In this document: piece after piece, positions 50,238 to 62,276 of the stretch
Layout of the letters: the number at the start of each line of letters is the position of its first letter
How positions within the stretch are numbered: position 1 is the first letter of the stretch
Origin: Octopus sinensis
Taxonomy: Eukaryota
Assembly (NCBI RefSeq): GCF_006345805.1
Contig: NC_043019.1
Coordinates: forward strand, 10,973,360 to 11,037,359
Reading direction: 5' to 3'
Length of the DNA stretch: 64,000 nt
Notes under the pieces: generated by a model
Databases searched by the model: none
What the model was told of the DNA's origin: nothing
What the model saw: only the letters and a program-made list of their open reading frames with translations
Translations under genes and position numbers: made by a program

Positions 50238-50744
50238 ATATAAAAAAAGAGAAAGTGCTAGAGAGAAAGAAGGCAATTGAGAAAGAAAATGAGAGAGAGA
50301 AAGGGATAGAGAGGAGCGAGGGAGAGAGATAGAAAGATGGACAGAGAGAGAGAGACTAGTAGAGAGAGAAAGAGCCCAGTTCTTAACTGGTATTTTATTT
50401 ATCAACGTCGAAGGGATGAAAATCAAAGTAGACCGGCTTCGATGCGATTTTAACTGAAATTGCTACAAAGCAGAGCAAATACCGCAGGGTACTATGTACA
50501 CTGCTCTAACGATTCTGAAGATTTCACTGCCTTTGGTCATCGATTTACTCGATGTGACCTGCCTTGGGTTGAACGACAACAACAACAACAACAGGACGAA
50601 GAAACCAAGAGAATTAAGATGGAGAGGTTGAGTAGAAGAGTAAGGAGTAATAAAAGAGGAAGGTGACATTTTTGTAAGGTGTGGGTGGGGGGAGAAAGAA
50701 CAAGAAAATGGTAAATTACCAATACCGGTTCATTACTGATTCAT

Positions 50745-50800
50745 CTTGAACCGGAACTAGGGAAAAAGCAACCGGAAGTAATATCTAGCAGCAACTGCAG
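50745..50800. promoter_or_regulatory. Paired ETS-type sites, candidate promoter
   Basis: ACCGGAACT (50750-50758) and ACCGGAAGT (50771-50779) in non-repetitive sequence. Confidence 0.3.
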
Positions 50801-50921
50801 CAGCAGCCATGCTATAAACAGTCAAGTGTCTGAGTCATATTGCTTAGAAAGTTCCTCATTTTGTTTACCTGGATTATATCCTCTTTGTCACGTTGTCTTC
50901 TGTAAGAATTCTATATATAGA

Positions 50922-51701
50922 CTAGCAGTATCGCCTGGCGTTGCTCGGGTTTGTTTCGACCCTTTAGAACTGGAATTTTTGAAGAAAAGTGAAAATGTTG
51001 TATTATGTAGCTTGTTATTCTCTTTGAGTGAACATTTTTCTGGTTGAAATACACCGAAAAAATGACGACACCGCAGTAAAAAAAAATCGTAAAAAATAGG
51101 GATTTTCATAGAAAAGAAGCACCTTTTTGGTGTAAATAATTTTTGGTGTTAACATGGTCCGATTTGAATTTTTTCTTCTACGGAAAGAAGAGCAAGCCTT
51201 CTATTATACTCTCAATTTTGGTCAACTTGGGTCTCGGAGGAAATAGTGTTTGTTGAAGGCTACCAAACTTGCCATACACAGACAACTTCAGCTTTATATA
51301 TATACTAGCAGTATCGCCCGTCGTTGCTCGGGTTTGTTTCGACCTTTTAGAATTGGAATTTTTGAAAAGTAAAAATTTTGCATTATGTAGCTTGTTATTC
51401 TCTTTAAGTGAACATTTTTCTGGTTGAAATGCACCGAAAAATGGCGACACAGCAGTAAAAAAATCGTAAAAAATAGGGATTTTCATAGAAAAAAAACACC
51501 TTTTTGGTGTAAATAATTTTTGGTCTTAACATAGTCCGATTTGAATTTTTCTTCTACGGAAAGAAGAGCAATGCTTCTTCAATCATACTCTCAATTTTGG
51601 TCAACTTGCACCGCAGGGTCTCGGAGGAGATAGTGTTAGTTGAAGTTGAAGGCTACCAAACCTGCCATACACAGACAACTTCAGCTTTATATATATATAG
51701 A
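50922..51701 (-). mobile_element. Head-to-tail Helitron dimer (50922-51304 and 51305-51701)
   Basis: Each unit ends ...CCCGAGCAACG.C.GGCGATACTG-CTAG; single 5' TC at 51701-51700; AT target. Confidence 0.88.
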
Positions 51702-51980
51702 TTACAACGAGAACCAGAAGTGAAATCAACAATGTGAGCTTGAAGCAACAGTTTACACACGTATCGTTCAAAAAGATATTCGAACAAAAGAAGATACGTA
51801 GGAATAAACGTTTTATCCAAACTTACATTTCGTTTTTCAGACAGTGGGTATTCAAAAGAAAACTGGGCTCGGTTTATCAAGTGATGAGCGGAAACCAGCA
51901 ACTCTGAGTACTGGAAACTGGATGCTTTCAGATACATACATACATACATACATACATACATACATACATACATACATACA

Positions 51981-52962
51981 TTACGGCTACCCCCTCGTTA
52001 TCGAATATGGCCATTGCACGAAGTTTAACTGTTACTGGTGCTGTGATCGAATGTGACTTTTTAACCCAGCTAAAGATCTACAATGTCTTGTACAAAATTG
52101 GCAACTAAAACCTTTACTGGTAACAGCCGGCTGTAGTTGTAACTGGGCTTCATGTATCTTTGCATGTCGTTTAAGTCCACATGCCCGACAGATATGATTA
52201 GTATTGTGTGTTACACCACCACCAGTGGCCAGGTTGTCACTCATCTGTCTCGTTTTATGACTACGAAGATGACTCATGAGTCCAGCTTTACTGAGGCAGG
52301 GTCTTGCACAGACATTACATGTCAGAATCAAAGGAAGACCCTTCCCTTCTGGAAGTGTAACAGCGATGCCCTTCCTGACATCCCTCCTTACTTTCTCATG
52401 TGCAACTCGAGATTTCTCAAACATACATACATACATACATGCATACATACATGCATGCATGCATGCATGCATACATACATACATACATACATACATACAT
52501 ACATACACATACATACATACATTACGGCTACCCCCTCGTTATCGAATATGGCCATTGCACGAAGTTTAACTGTTACTGGTGCTGTGATCGAATGTGACTT
52601 TTTAACCCAGCTAAAGATCTACAATGTCTTGTACAAAATTGGCAACTAAAACCTTTACTGGTAACAGCCGGCTGTAGTTGTAACTGGGCTTCATGTATCT
52701 TTGCATGTCGTTTAAGTCCACATGCCCGACAGATATGATTAGTATTGTGTGTTACACCACCACCAGTGGCCAGGTTGTCACTCATCTGTCTCGTTTTATG
52801 ACTACGAAGATGACTCATGAGTCCAGCTTTACTGAGGCAGGGTCTTGCACAGACATTACATGTCAGAATCAAAGGAAGACCCTTCCCTTCTGGAAGTGTA
52901 ACAGCGATGCCCTTCCTGACATCCCTCCTTACTTTCTCATGTGCAACTCGAGATTTCTCAAA
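51981..52962 (-). mobile_element. Tandem duplication (period 541 bp) of an RTE-like LINE 3' end encoding three C2H2 fingers
   Basis: Units 51981-52421 and 52522-52962 look identical; FEKSRVAHEKVRRDVRK..CNVCARPCLSKAGLMSHLRSH..CRACG..HAKIH..CQFCTRHCRSLAGLKSHIRSQH*; (TACA)n on all sides. Confidence 0.85.
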
Positions 52963-53070
52963 CATACATACATACATACATGCATACATACATGCATGCA
53001 TGCATACATACATACATACATACATACATACATACATACATACATACATACATACATACATACATACATG

Positions 53071-53925
53071 CATGAGGCTGATAACATCATAAGATATGGA
53101 AGGCAGCTCCTTGAGCAATACTCTTTGTCTGATAACCTAGAATACATGCCCAAAGAAGTCGTACGACTCTACCGCAACGTATCATTAGATGAAAGGATGA
53201 GTCTATATGAGCAGAAGACTATACATGGATATATTAGTAGAAAGCTCCGTGATGATGGTAACATCGATCATCAAAGCAGTCTATCATGGACCAATGGCCG
53301 GATTACTACCTCCCACTTTGAAGGGTATGCATTTGCAATCCAGGAACAGGAAATGTCAACCAAGTACCTGATGCAAGAAAAGGATAGCGATGCATGAAAA
53401 GCAGTAAAATGTGACAACCGATGCAGACTTTGTGGAGTTCACACTGAAGGTACCATCCACATCATAAGCAGGTGTCCGAAAATGTCATCAAGGTATTTTC
53501 TACCGATGAGACATGATGTCGTAGCTAGGACACTATAATGAAATCCGTCGGAAGGATAATTCCGAGGACAAAGAAGTAAGAACCTATAATATGGTAGAGG
53601 CCATAGCCACTCATAATAAAAAGGAATAGTGGTGGAATGTCCCAGTGAAGACCTCAATAAAATGTAAGCACAACAGACTTGATATAATGATTTGGTATAG
53701 AGAAGAGAAACTGTGCACAGATGTGGAAATTAGCTGCCCAGCGGTTGTTAATATAAAGCCGAAGATATGTGAAAAAGAGAACGGCTATGCTGTACTATTG
53801 AGAAATCTGCAGTTAGTCTATCCAGATTACAAGTTCAGGTTTATACCTATAATAATTAGAGCCTTGTGATATGTAACACACTGCCTAAGTACCAATCTTG
53901 AAAATTTAGGCTTCTCAAAAGGGGG
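53071..53925 (+). mobile_element. R4/Dong-clade (restriction-like endonuclease) non-LTR retrotransposon 3' fragment
   Basis: FEGYAFAIQEQE.STKYL ... CRLCGVHTEGTIHIISRCP (CCHC) ... MRHDVVA ... HNRLDIMIW..EEK....EISCP...KEN.Y (RHD / PD..E..K-type RLE); stops present. Confidence 0.85.
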
Positions 53926-53944
53926 AAAATAAATACCAGTTCGT

Positions 53945-54368
53945 AGTAAGGTACACAGTAGTTGAAGAGCGGTAACAAGAAATTGTGGCGTAGAAGCAGA
54001 GCCTGTTGAACCTGAGCGAATGTTGCTGCGTACGTAAAGAGATGTAGGCGACGTTTAGATGAAGGCGACGGAGATGGAGGTCCTCTATGCTGCTGGACGA
54101 CGTTGAGTCTCCAATGTGAGCTGCTGGTGTTGTCTGTCGCTGGAACTGGCTGTGTGCTCTGTGGTCAGTGGTTAGACCAGAACCAAAGACGAAATACGGT
54201 TGTTGAAACTAGTCTTTTATAGGGACCAAGATTCTCAAACGGAGATTTAGAAGACTGTGTCACGAGACGTTATCAGAAAGTTGCGATTGGTTGCGTTGCA
54301 CATTGGCGCGTAATACAACAAGAGACAAATTGCGCCAATACCAACCAATCAGAGTAGTGGACACAACA
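53945..54368 (-). mobile_element. Possible solo LTR
   Basis: Minus strand starts TGTTGTGT, has CCAAT/ATTGG boxes and TATAAAAG; 3' CA end and TSD not identified. Confidence 0.35.
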
Positions 54369-54429
54369 GGGTCCAAACGGCCGAAGGCTAGTTGTTATCT
54401 GCTACGTCCGTATTTATGTTGTATATAAC

Positions 54430-54491
<62 letters not shown>

Positions 54492-55472
54492 TCACTAAGC
54501 GTCCGCTAGATGCCTTAAATGCAGTTGTTGATTTCTTTGTCGTCTCAGCTTCTGTCCTGCCACTGGTTTTATGACTGATTGCGCTGAAACGTGGTTCAAG
54601 ATCCTGCAACATTTTATCCGCTCAAAACAAATTCCCGCACAGAAACCTCCTGAACACTTGAAACATTTGTATAGACTTATCGAGTTTAGAAAATGATCTA
54701 CTCGGTCAGATGTATGAATGGTGTATGTATGTTTGTATTCTGAAATGAAATTTTTTAAAACATAGTCCGATATAGGCACAGGTGTGACTGTGTGGTAAAA
54801 ACTTTGCTTCCCAATCACATTGGTTCTAGGTTCATACCCATTGCGTGGGATTTTGGGCCAATCAAAGCCTAGCTGGTGTATTTGGCAGGCGAAAACTGAA
54901 AGAAGCCCGTCGCATGTGTGTGTGTTTGTCCCTCACCACCGCCTGAGAACCGGGGTTGTTTGTTCCTTCTCGAGCCATGTCTGGCTCATTAGGGCCGGTT
55001 TCCCGGTTTCCTTGGCGTACAGGTTCCCCACCTGGACGGGACGCCGGTCCGTCGCAGGTGAGCTGCAAGATGCAGGAGGAAAGAGTGAGAGAAAGTTGTG
55101 CCGGAGCAGCGTGGAGCTTAGATGTTTCGCTCATAAACACACACATCGCCTGGTCTGAGATTCGAACCCGCGATCCATCGACCGCGAGTCCGCTGCTCTA
55201 ACCACTAAGCCATGTGCCTTCACAAGAACCGGCGTTGGTGTGTGTACGTTCCCGTAACCTAGCGACACAGCAAAAGAGACAGATAGAATAAGTACCAGAC
55301 TTTAAAGAATAAGTACCGGGATTAATTCAATCGATTAAAAATTCTTCAAGGCTGTGCCCCAGCATGGCCGCAGTCTAATGACTGATACAAGTAAAGGATA
55401 AGAGATAGAAGGAAAGTCTAGATTTTCATGTGGTTTGTAAAATAAGACAGAAGCATTTGGTTAACAATCTTC

Positions 55473-55896
55473 GGATCTTTTCGGTTTGACGGGCAGTTTT
55501 TTAAAATAATTTCCACGTAACTAAACACTTTTAAACTTCGTATACTGGTAGAATGTGTTTATAAAACATCTTTTTCTCTTGGCTTTATTGAGAAAATTCT
55601 ATAGTTTCTAAGATATTTGTTGGGTTTTTTTCTTCAATTTCTGCAATTTCAACCAATCAATGACGTATATTGAGGTGAAAACATTCTGAGCCGTATGAAA
55701 ATGTCCATCGTTTAAGAAACAGATTGTGTTTATTTACATTTCTGAAGAAAAAAAGATACCCTTCCCCCCGCCCCTAACCCTAACCCTAACCCTAAAACAG
55801 ATTGAAATGCAATAGATCGATACTAGGGCCATAATTATGGGAGACAATTTCATATAATACCGCTAGAAAAAACTGCCGTTCAAACCGAAAAGATCC
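55473..55896. mobile_element. GGATCTTTTCGG-TIR MITE, copy 3 (opposite orientation)
   Basis: TIRs at both ends; internal (CCCTAA)4; flanked by a direct repeat of about 59 bp. Confidence 0.85.
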
Positions 55897-56589
55897 AAAT
55901 CTAGATTTTCAGGTGGTTTGTAAAATAAGACAGGAGCATTTAGTTAAAAACTTCGTTTGTTTTCTCATCTCCTCCCTTTTAAAAGGAGAGACGGACTATA
56001 AAAATATATGCTTCGAGGTTATAGCTAGCAACGGCTAAGATTTTAATACCCAAACTCAACGTCTATTAAACCTAGCACTTACTTCCTTTGTGATGGTACT
56101 TGTTTCGGTGGAGTTTTTATGTATTTTAGGTCTTGAGGAGACTTCAAGTGTCACTTAGCAAAAGTGTGTAAACATTACCCATGAGTGGTAGTAGTGGTGG
56201 TGGTGGTGGCGGTGGTGGCGGTGGTGGTGGGGCGTTAAATGATAAGCGAAACTTATCGTGTCAACTCTCGCTCAAGGACTGCCACCCCTCTCTTGTGTGA
56301 TTTGTGCGTTGTGTATGAGTGTGTCTTTCTCATTTTCTCTCTCGGTCTCTCTCGCCGTCCTGCTCACTCTTTCCTTTGCTCTTCCACGTCTCTGTCTGTC
56401 TGTTTCTCTCTCTATCTCTCCCTCCTTATTTCTCCCCCTCTCTCTCTCTCTCACACACACCCATTCCCATCGAGTGATCGTCCAAAGGATCCGAACAATT
56501 CTACGCCCTTCGATCGGATTTTAATCTACGGACTGAGTAGGGCTAATACAGTACTCTTACGTACCTTTTGTGAAATTCTTTATTATTCA

Positions 56590-57560
56590 TTCCTATAGTC
56601 TGTTTTGGGGGCTGTTGTCATGCTGAAAAAATCTATGTCTGATCGAAATAAATTATAGTATATATAACTATTATCTTTTCCAAGATCTCCATATAACTTG
56701 TGCTGTTAACGATGCCCTTCATGCAATCTATAAAACCACTCACTTTTGCAGACATGCGCTACCAAACCACGATGCTTCACTGTACGAGTCATCGATTCTG
56801 GATGAAATTCTTTTCTTATGCAACTTCGCACGTATACTCAGACATCAAAGTCAAAGATCAAATTTTGACTCCTTCTCTCACAAGTTATGACGTCTAATTC
56901 TTATATTCCTAATGCGGGTATATCGGTTTTTTTCCAGAGAAACGTATGTTTTGTTTAATTCCTTTGTCTGTCCAAAGCATTTTCATAAGTTTGGCCTACA
57001 CATCCATACTTGCTTTTAGACTTTTAGCAAAAGCCTTGTCTCGTACGTTCTGAGTAATATAAAACTTCCCTTTCATAACTCCCAAGTTACTTTGATGGTT
57101 GAAAAAGAAAAAAAACAGCTGGGAGTGTGCATTATATATGATGCAAGGACATATTTCCATGTGTATCAAATGTGTAACACAGGACAAGCAAAGGGTTAAC
57201 ACACGTCTCGCACGCCAGAACCCTTTTCGCGAATGCTTGATTGTATTCGTTTCTGATTTAGATACAAACCCAGCAGTCTTAACGACAGAGGGTATTAGTC
57301 AATACTATCGACACCAATGCTTGACTTCATTTTCGAGCACAGATGGATGAAAGGTATTGTTGACCTATACACCAATCTACACATGATATTTCTGTCAAAG
57401 TTCATTCAAAATGCCGGCGGTAGCCATTTTCTTTTTATCGATAAATGTGAATGTTTCCGGATCATACACTCAATAGTTTTTCGCAGTTGCTTTGATCGAA
57501 AATGGTCAAAATAAGCCTGCAGTTTCATTGAAAAATGTCCGCAATGTGTAACTATGATAT
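56590..57560 (-). mobile_element. Decayed Tc1 transposase
   Basis: Minus-strand fragments such as YVR...EFHPE..TRTVKH and FQHDNSP correspond to the Tc1 DDE region; heavily mutated. Confidence 0.65.
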
Positions 57561-57804
57561 TCCAATCTCAGTAGCTAGGAATTGAACAGTCTATTTCAGC
57601 TTATATATTTAGACGATTGACTATTTCATTGATTAATCACTTTAGATTTTAGGCTGATATATATTATTGAATACTTATCAATAGCTAGTCTTATTAGATA
57701 ATAAATTTAAATATTAAGATTAAAATTCTACTTCTCTTTTTTATTTTCTATACTTCTTAAATTAACTGACCTCTTTTTGTGTTTACATTATATTATTCTT
57801 TTCA

Positions 57805-58155
57805 ACTCTAGGCACAAGGCCCGAAATTTGGAGGGAGGGGGCCAGTCGAATAGATCGACCTCAGTACGCAACTGATACTTAATTTATCGACCCCCGAAAG
57901 GATGAAAGGCAAAGTTAACCTAGGCAGAATTTGATCTCAGAACGTAAAGACAGACTAAATACCTATTTCTTTACTACTCACAAGGGGCTAAACACAGAGA
58001 GGACAAACAAGGACAGACAAACGGATTAAGTCGATTACATCGATCCCCAGTGCGTAACTGGTACTTAATTTATCGACCCCAAAAGGATGAAAGGCAAAGT
58101 CGACCTCGGTGGAATTTGAACTCAGAACGTAACGGCAGACGAAATACCGCTAAAC
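57805..58155 (-). mobile_element. Nested/tandem family C SINEs
   Basis: Two GATGAAAGGCAAAGT..ACCT.GG..GAATTTGA.CTCAGAACGTAA blocks; same arrangement at 43590-43965. Confidence 0.8.
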
Positions 58156-58479
58156 ATGTCGTACATACATACATACATACATAATCAGAGATGACCGCTG
58201 TAAGCAGGGGACGATAGTGTAAAAAGGACCAGGACAGACGGGATACGAAAGGAACCAGACAGAAAAGGATATCAAACAGGATATAATTGATGCAACTAAT
58301 ATAAACAGAGTGGGGGAGTGAATTGTGTTAAGGATGCCTGTAATAAAAGGCGGGGGAGAAAGTAAAAGGAAAATCTAGGGACGCCTGTTGCAGTCGTTAT
58401 ATATGTATATATGTATATACGGTGTCAGAGATAACGGAGGTAATGTAAGTCGGCTGCTGCTGCTGCTGCTAATGAATAT

Positions 58480-58650
58480 GCGGGAGGAGGGGGGGAGGAA
58501 GGTTGATGACGTCGGCAAAGAGCCTGCCCTTTCAGCCAATCGGATTTGCCGCTTGAGCAGCAGATCGATATCAATCATTATCACACTGACTCACCTCACC
58601 TCGGCACACAACAAGAGATGAGTCATAGCGAATGGAAGTGATTGGCAATG
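58480..58650. promoter_or_regulatory. CpG-retaining promoter/enhancer-like segment
   Basis: TGACGTC (58507), CCAAT (58536), TGACTCA (58587), TGAGTCA (58619) and a second ATTGG within about 150 bp. Confidence 0.35.
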
Positions 58651-59090
58651 GGTGATGCTGGTGCCGGCGACCGTGCTACTACTTGTTGGTGGCGGCGGTG
58701 GTGGTAGTGGTGGTGGTGGTGACGGCGGTGGTGGTGGTGATGGTGGTGGTGGTGTGGTGATGGTGGTGGTGGTGGTGGTGGTGACGGCGGTGGTGGTAGT
58801 GGTGGTGGTGGTGACGGCGGTGGTGGTGGTGATGGTGGTGGTGGTGGTGGCAGTGGTGATGCTGATGCCGGCGACCGTGCTACTACTTGTTGGTGGCGGT
58901 GGCGTCGGTAGTGGTGGTGATGGTGGTGGTGATGGCGGTGGTGGTGATGGTGATAGTGGTGGTGGTGATGGTGGTGATGATGGTGGTAGTGGTGGTGATG
59001 GTGGTGGTGATGGTGGTTGTGGTGATGGTGGTGGTGGTGGTGATGGTGGTGGTGGTGATGGTGGTGGTGGCGGTGGTAGAGGTGGAGGTC
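58650..59090. repeat. (GGT)n-rich triplet array with a duplicated 50-bp interruption
   Basis: GTGATGCTG.TGCCGGCGACCGTGCTACTACTTGTTGGTGGCGG at about 58652 and 58856. Confidence 0.9.
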
Positions 59091-59131
59091 GTCGGTATTG
59101 TTTAGGTCTCAGGTCAGCCCTGATGGAGCTG

Positions 59132-59176
<45 letters not shown>

Positions 59177-59471
59177 TATATACATATATATACATATATA
59201 TATACATATGTGTGTGTGTTTATGTATACACACGAGCACACACATATTGTTATTGCTTAACCCTGAGTCAGGCCCTGACCGAGCATATCTATCGGGGCAG
59301 ATGTTTTATGATTTTAAGGTATTTCGGCCTTGGCGAGCACAGATTTATTTGTCTATTTTATTTATTTATTCATTCATTCATTCATTCATCTACATTTTTA
59401 TTTTACTTTCGTGACTACGTAATGTAAATGTGTCTTTGTCTTTTTGTTTTTTTATTCATGTTGTTATTATT

Positions 59472-59909
59472 GGCGATCTTTCGTCTCTGGTCGATTTCCG
59501 TCGATTTCCGTAAAAATTTTTTTTTTTTTTTTTTTTACATATGGGCTTGCGGGAACTTTTGAAGTAATATACATACATATATACACATACACCGAGTAAA
59601 AAAATTCAGTTATCTCTCTCTTTCACACATTACTCTCTCTGTCTCTTCACACACACTAACAGAAGCACTTCACTTACACAACATACTGTCTGTCTCCCAC
59701 ACCCCATCAAACACGCACGCACACACACACATGTCCATCAATGCTCCCATGCACGATAACTTCAAAAGAACTTCCCTCGTCATACAATCGCTTTCTCTTA
59801 GTCTCTTTCGCTCTCATTACTTCAAAAGTTCCCGCAAGCCCATATGTAAAAAAAAATGAATTTTTTTACGGAAATCAACGGAAAGGTCTACTAGAGACGA
59901 AAGATTGCC
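59472..59909. mobile_element. MITE with about 95-bp TIRs and a 15-bp flanking direct repeat
   Basis: TIRs 59472-59568 and 59816-59909 (GGC.ATCTTTCGTCTCT...CATATGGGCTTGCGGGAACTTTTGAAGTAAT); flanks CATGTTGTTATTATT and CGTGTTGTTATTATT. Confidence 0.85.
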
Positions 59910-59995
59910 CGTGTTGTTATTATTTAAGGCAGTACTATTGTTGCTTATGTTACTGGTCAGGTAACATCAACAGAGAGAGAGGGGAAGAGAGAGAA

Positions 59996-60036
<41 letters not shown>

Positions 60037-60167
60037 TGATTGCGTTTGTGGAGAGACTGGCAAAGATGTGACGGAGATTGAGAATGAGCAGTACTGACAG
60101 AAGTGAGAGAGAGAGAATGTGGTATATGCCTGTCTGTCTGTATGTCTGCCTATGTATGTAGGTATAA

Positions 60168-60500
60168 GGCGCATGGCTCAGTGGTTAGAGCGTCGAGCTT
60201 ACGATCGTGAGGTTGTGAGCTCGAATCCCGGACCGGGCTGCGTGTTGTGTTCTTGAGCAAGGCACTTTATTTCACGTTGCTCCAGTTCACTCAGCTGTAG
60301 AAATGAGTTGCGACGTCACAGGTGCCAAGCTGTATCGACCTTTGTCTTTCCCTTGGATAACACTGGTGGTGTGGAGAGGGGAGGCTGGTATGCATGGGCG
60401 ACTGCTGGTCTTCCATAAACAACCTTGCCCGGACTTGTGTCTAGGAGGGTAACTTTCTAGGTGCAATCCCATGGTCATTCATGACCGAAGGGGGTCTTTA
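60168..60500 (+). mobile_element. tRNA-head SINE (family D)
   Basis: GGCGCATGGCTCAGTGGTTAGAGCG...CTCGAATCCCGG head, then CTTGAGCAAGGCACTTTATTTCACGTTGCTCCAGTTCACTCAGCTG; decayed relatives at 12370-12600 and 13115-13320. Confidence 0.75.
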
Positions 60501-60750
60501 CCCTTTATGTATGTATTTGTGTGTCTGTATGTATGTACGTATGTTCTTTCTTTTATTTGTTTATTTGTTTCAGTCATTTGGCTGCGGCCATGCTGGAGCA
60601 CCGCCTTTGGTCAAGCGAATCAAATCTTTGTAAGCCTAGTACTTATTCTATCGGTCACTTTTGCCGAACCGCTAAGTTACGGGGACGTAAACACACCAGC
60701 ATCGGTTGTCAAGCGATGTTGGGAGGACAAACACAGACACGCAATCATAT

Positions 60751-60798
<48 letters not shown>

Positions 60799-60803
60799 GT
60801 ATG

Positions 60804-60840
<37 letters not shown>

Positions 60841-62276
60841 ATATATATATATATATGTACATACATACATACAAATACTACGGGCTTCTTTCAGTTTCCG
60901 TCTATCAAATCTACTCACAAGGCTTTGGTCAGCCTGAGGCTATAGAAGACACTTGCCCAAGATGCTATGCAGTGGAACTGAACCTGGAACCATGTGGTTA
61001 GTAAGCAAGCTACTTACCACCTAGCCACTCCTATATATAACATGGTACTCCCACATTCTTCTTTTCCTCCTCCTTCTTTTTCTTCTTCTCCTCCTCCTCC
61101 TTCTTCTTTTTCTTCTTCCTCCTCTCTGACAAGAATTCAGAAGGACCTGGAACCCACAAGAGACAGGCAGAAACAAGGAAAATGCACCTTGTATTTTTTA
61201 AAAAAACTTATCCTTTAATTTTTCCAAAATTCAATTGTTTTCCATACTTACAGTTGAAAAAGTCTCAATGACTGAAACTGGTACTGAAATGTTTTTTATA
61301 AAATTATCTTAGCATATATATCATCATCATCATTTAGCGTCCGCTTTCCATGCTAGCATGGGTTGGATGGTTCAACTGGGGTCTGTGAAGCCAGAAGGAC
61401 GCATCAGGCCCAGTCTGATCTGGCAGTGTTTCTACGGCTGGATGCCCTTCCTAACGCCAACCACTCCATGAGTGTAGAGGGTGCTTTTTACGTGCCACCC
61501 GCACAGGTGCCAGACGGAGCTGGCAAACGGCCACGAACGGATGGTGCTTTTACGTGCCACCAGCACGGGGGCCAGGCGAGCCTCATTTTTAATAAATTCT
61601 TATTTGAGAGAAGTTTGGCTGTTATTTCTGTGTGGGTGACATTTGTTAGATGTGGCTTCTTCATATGGGACTAGCGAATGAGGTGGTGTTACTCACTGAA
61701 CATAACTGTATGAACTCTGGTTTCTACCTCTCTCTCTCTCTCTCTTGCTATCTGTATATGTGAGAGTGTTTAAAACTGAGGAATTGTGGTGATATACCTC
61801 AACACTGTTTAGTTTTATGCCCTCATCAAGATCATCGTCATTGTCATCCACTGGCTCACGGATGAAATTTGCTGAGGGGATGCAAACCCAGGTCCAAAAT
61901 GTTTCTTATAAACAAGATCTTGTTTTTTTTTCTTCTTCATATTTGTTCTTTGAAGAAGAAACCTAACTTCAAGCTCCTTTTTACAGATTACTTTTCATGC
62001 AGTTTTCTAAGCCTGAGAAAATTAAATAGGGGTGCAAATTTTGATTTTGCACCCCTCCAAAAATTTTAGATGTACTTGCACTCCCTGCAGCCCCTGTTCC
62101 CAGGCCTATGTCATCATCACCATTCAATGATCATTTTTCATGCTGGCATGAGTTCGGTGGTATGCAGGAACTTGGCAAGCCAAAAGACTGCACCAACCTT
62201 TACCGTCTGTTTTGGTATGGTTTCTATGGCTGGGTGCCTTTCTTAACATCAACCACTTTACAGAATCTACAAGGAA

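Noticed and set aside
52032-53118. C2H2 zinc-finger ORFs as host ZNF genes
   Set aside because: The start codons come from (ATGT)n, the upstream residues match an RTE ORF end, and the 3' end runs into a simple-repeat tail.
55772-55795. (CCCTAA)4 telomere-like repeat
   Set aside because: Internal to the GGATCTTTTCGG MITE and present in degenerate form in its siblings; not a telomere relic.
60168-60245. tRNA-like sequences (also 16900-16974, 38672, 39099, 46635)
   Set aside because: A/B-box heads continue into SINE bodies and lack a proper acceptor stem; not tRNA genes.
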